From an uncultured Actinomyces sp. (GTDB lineage Bacteria > Actinomycetota > Actinomycetes > Actinomycetales > Actinomycetaceae): a stretch of DNA of 64,000 nt. The notes under the pieces were generated by a model, which saw only the letters and a program-made list of their open reading frames with translations, was not told where the DNA came from and did not search any database. The stretch covers positions 4,254 through 68,253 of the forward strand of contig CALHZX010000058.1 in the NCBI GenBank assembly GCA_938040725.1, read 5' to 3'. This document shows, piece by piece, positions 63,201-64,000 of the stretch (positions within the stretch are counted from its first letter, which is position 1; every line of letters starts with the position of its first letter). Made by a program: the position numbers and the translations under genes.

Positions 63201-63478
63201 CCGCCTTCGAGGCCATCGTGGAGCGTGAGGCCGGACGCGAGCGCCTCGAGGCATGGCGCACGGCATCGGATCGCCGACTGCGCAACGGCCAGCGTCACAT
63301 CGAGATGGGCATGCTGGGCCACGCCCCGCTGTTCACTTCGGTGGAGGGTCGCCGCCTGCCCGACGACCCGGCTGCCGGCATCGCGGGTGACGCCCACGAG
63401 GTTGAGGCCGCGATCCTGCTGGATCCGTCGGCACGCCTGGGCGAGGACGGCTTCTACCACCTGCCGGAAGGCAAGTGA
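54251..63478 (+). CDS. fas: Type I fatty acid synthase (CMN/fungal-type single chain: AT-ER-DH-MPT-ACP-KR-KS)
   Basis: GHSQG (AT), LAGMTPTT/GGHHSWED (ER), SGDYNPIH (DH), GHSLGEY (MPT), GVSSRRNQ (ACP Ser), GDGAYAEAK (KR), GACAT/KHDTST/GHAKG (KS). Start ATG 54251 behind GGAAAG. Confidence 0.97.
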   Translation: MSFVTSLNETPYALTFAGQATPWRSALDEIAHDPEIAVIVDGVIKASDQVLSPVRRSLATQSVASLPFAIPAEAGDAAVNRDVAGPDEAALSVPGIVAAQLGALIDLTRAGLNIVSNQPTAFEGHSQGVLGVEIARAWIAGDEARAASVFALARLIGAAAARITRRARAPHAGEATYMVSVRGVSDSLLERIISSLPSTSHPLSIALRNDTDTHVVSGAPNDLASLVAAIERAATKDKAAHDAHERGGRPLTPVCEYLPVYVPFHSPMLADALALVDEWAAQCGIEAELAHSLAAAVLTTPVDWPAQIRAAAESGATWIVDVGPGATTVRMTRALVEGTGVGVVAAGTASDRDKAATPGWAPEPGTDWSHLRPGLVTLPDGKTVVDTAFSRLTGRSPVLLAGMTPTTVDPEIVAAAANAGFWAEMAGGGQVTEEVYNENLAGLRAQLRPGHTAEFNSMFLDRYLWNLQFGQARIVSRSRASGAPIDGVVVSAGIPEQDEALALIEQLRADGFPYVAFKPGTVDQIRKVIAIAREADPIKVIVQVEDGHSGGHHSWEDLSDLLLATYAQLRAQSNIVLTVGGGIGTPERAADFLTGEWSARYGRPPMPVDGVLVGTAAMTTKEAHTTKAVKDLLVATPGVPDNDELRGWVGEGMTRGGMTSGLSHLRADMHEVSNAAAAAARIIAEIGSDGAQVRARKDEIVEILSHTAKPYFGDLEEMTYEAWVRRFADLSYPWVDPTWQIRYHDLLQRVEARLAPVDHGEVETLFPTVEDVADAHAAADRLMAAYPNAATTHVTPIDAAWFPALCRSYPKPMPFVPILDDDLIRWWGQDCLWQAQDERYSADQVRIIPGPVSVAGIDRVDEPVASLLGRFEAAAAERLADSGVVATPVASRLGNGKPAATREEWLRKVPFISWTGHLMTNPAAILDEERVSLKETDTGVDMVIHLDTAWDNDPRGSEKHAVRELVFPLVISGEDGAVPVIDEAKLPQHMYAMLAATAGVTSVSVAGDTVDALPVMVPSAKSVFGEAHYSFTLAPTLGFDHAEATGAALSATYELAAWAPDALLGPAWPAIYAALGSAIHNDYPVIEGLLNAVHLDHSITLEYTPEQMLERGITTIDVTSHVAAVDESSSGRIVTVALELTSNGEHVGSTQERFAIRGRATGNRAPSEAAPFGGATVEVVDTPRSVLRRVSVKAPDDMTPFAIVSGDYNPIHTSYAAAKVAGMDAPLVHGMWLSATAQHAAEAVVAGQGGAQIAGWTYYMYGTVDLNDEVEITVERVGRVVGGGLSLEVTCRIDKQVVSRASAYTFAPKVAYVYPGQGIQSAGMGLDERTKSKAVDEVWRRADAHTRSAMGFSILAIVRDNPTEIVARGITYRHPEGVLNLTQFTQVALATLAIGQTARMREEGVLVPGAAFAGHSLGEYDALAAYAEVFPLEIVLDLVFQRGSTMHSLVPRDEKGRSNYRMGALRPNQFGVDDAHVVEYVASIAQASGEFLQIVNFNLAGQQYAVAGTVAGLKALEEDASKRAAERGGKRPFMYVPGIDVPFHSTVLRSGVADFRTKLDERIPAEIDPAKLVGRYIPNLVARPFELTREFAQSILDVVPSETVRNLLGTEGAWDAALANPGVLTRTLLIELLCWQFASPVRWIETQRVLLSTEEAAPGVAGLGVDQVIEVGLGAAPTLANLASRTLLAPEFALSRVDVFNVQRDEPRVYATDVAVIEDDEDEEITPEAPAAEAAPTPAPAAPAVEATPAAAPAAPTGGPSGADVADLPFTASSAIHALLALSAKIRIDEVGATDTTESLTNGVSSRRNQLLMDMSSELGLNSIDGAGEADVATLSATVDKAAKGYKPFGPVLAEAVKERTRKLFGAAGVKAGRITERVTGTWQLGTGWAQHVTAEIVLGTREGASTRDGDLATLPLDAPTNAAGVDALIDAAVAAVAAREGIAVSLPSAGGSAGGGVVDSAALDAYAASVTGEDGVLAKTARTILSELGLNAPAPTGEDSSDDARVIDAVAAELGSGWVDLVEPRFDAARAVLLDDRWASAREDVARYVAEGTLTEGASFVGTGRAVAEQASYWANRLHAEGDHERAARLEQIAADALSSAAELPYANDVAVVTGMTPASIGGAVVGGLLAGGATVIATSSSISAARLAFAKDLYRTNAAGCAKLWLVPANLASYRDVDALVEWIGTEQTKSVGADIKVTKEALVPTLFYPFAAPRVSGTLADAGAASENQMRLLLWSVERSIAGLCVIGSDTHADHRLHVVLPGSPNRGIFGGDGAYAEAKASFDAIATRWAAEPIWGSRVSIAHPRIGWVRGTGLMGGNDPMVAAVEAAGVRTWSTEEMAEQLLTLSSAEVRAQAANAPVDADLTGGLDSSIDLRALRAQAEAAAPETPASEPVATVSALPSPTQVTVPHVEPSQWGHTTASLANTVVIVGHGEVGPWGSARTRVQAELGIHTDGTVELTPAGVLELAWMTGLLTWSDTPVGGWYDKDDQLVPESEIFDRYRDEVVARSGVRFFHDDGPLHDGYTPESAMVFLDRDITFTVEDETEARSYAEADPQFTVIEQTAFGEWQVTRKSGAQVRVPRRATLNRRIGGLFPTDFDPARWGIPASMLDSIDPIAVWNLVSAVDAFVSAGFSPAELLRVVHPATVASTQGTGFGGMRSMHKLFVDRFLGEEYPQDILQETLPNVVAAHTMQSYVGGYGSMINPVGACATAAVSIEEGVDKIKAGKADFVVAGAIDDIQVESIVGFGAMNATANSNELLARGISSRFVSRANDRRRGGFVEAQGGGTVLLTRASVALDMNLPVLAVVGHAQTFSDGAHTSIPAPGLGALAVARGGRDSVIARNLGELGVGIDDVAFVSKHDTSTNANDPNESDLHTRVGMALGRTPGNPLLVISQKTLTGHAKGGACVFQVGGIIDVFRTGLIPANVALDCVDDAMEQYSPLVWLRSPLDLSSRGPVRAAFATSLGFGHVSGFLALVNPAAFEAIVEREAGRERLEAWRTASDRRLRNGQRHIEMGMLGHAPLFTSVEGRRLPDDPAAGIAGDAHEVEAAILLDPSARLGEDGFYHLPEGK

Positions 63479-63481
63479 GCG

Positions 63482-63946
63482 ATGCGCGGGCTCGGCGTTG
63501 ACCTGGTTTCCCTGCCTGAGTTTGCCGCTCAGGTGAGGGAGCCGGGGTCGGCCTTCCTGGACGGCGTTCTGACGCCCAGGGAGGCCCGCCGGGTCCGCGC
63601 CCGTGCAGCCGCCACGTCCGGCGCTCAGCCCGGTTCCGCCCGCTATGACGAGGCCGTGGCCCGTCACGCAGGCGGCCTGTGGGCCGCGAAAGAGGCCTTC
63701 GTGAAGGCCTGGTCGTGTGCCCTCTTCGGCACTCCACCCCGCATTGGTGCCGACGACGTGGACTGGCGCGAGATTGAGGTGATCCACGACGAGTGGAACC
63801 GCCCCGCGATCGCGCTGCACGGACGAGTCGCCGCCGCGTGTGAGGTCTCGCTCGGGGCGCGCTCCACGTGGAATGTGCTCGTCTCTATCAGCCACGACGG
63901 GACGTGCGCCATCGCGCAGGTCGCGATCGTGGATGCGCCCGCCTAA
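63482..63946 (+). CDS. acpS: Holo-ACP synthase (4'-phosphopantetheinyl transferase)
   Basis: GLGVDLV, WAAKEAFVKAW, VSISHDG; directly after fas. Confidence 0.93.
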   Translation: MRGLGVDLVSLPEFAAQVREPGSAFLDGVLTPREARRVRARAAATSGAQPGSARYDEAVARHAGGLWAAKEAFVKAWSCALFGTPPRIGADDVDWREIEVIHDEWNRPAIALHGRVAAACEVSLGARSTWNVLVSISHDGTCAIAQVAIVDAPA

Positions 63947-64000
63947 GCGGCGTCGGACGGTTCGAGCGCGTCATCGTCATGAGGCTCGAACGACGCGTTT

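Overview
High-GC actinobacterial chromosome segment. Gene content and order suggest Actinomycetaceae, probably Schaalia/Actinomyces; this is inference, not a database result. It is mostly core genome. From left to right: (1) the comM-yraN-DUF2469-rnhB-lepB-rplS-trmD-rimM-khpA-rpsP-ffh-ftsY block and the principal sigma factor; (2) the conserved idsA-Rv2175c-like-pknL-DAHP synthase-pfp-plsC-DEDD/GIY-YIG-trpD-hesB-DUF3043 block; (3) pyrD, a TrmH methylase and a MetPS-like transporter; (4) an accessory glycan cluster (glf, LytTR/GHKL two-component pair, GT2, GtrA-like protein, GH3); (5) split PTS genes around malQ, and ettA; (6) a complete birA-acc-type I FAS-acpS operon. I found no rRNA, tRNA, CRISPR array, transposase or integrase. 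Best leads: DnaA-box-like ATCCACA arrays with ~30-bp spacing in front of two different genes; a pseudoknot-capable rplS leader; a TrmD-GNAT fusion; a candidate regulated galactofuranosylation/deglycosylation module with two apparent in-frame deletions; and absence of the qcr/cta respiratory genes from their usual locus. Many start sites were corrected relative to the ORF track using RBS or leaderless -10 evidence.
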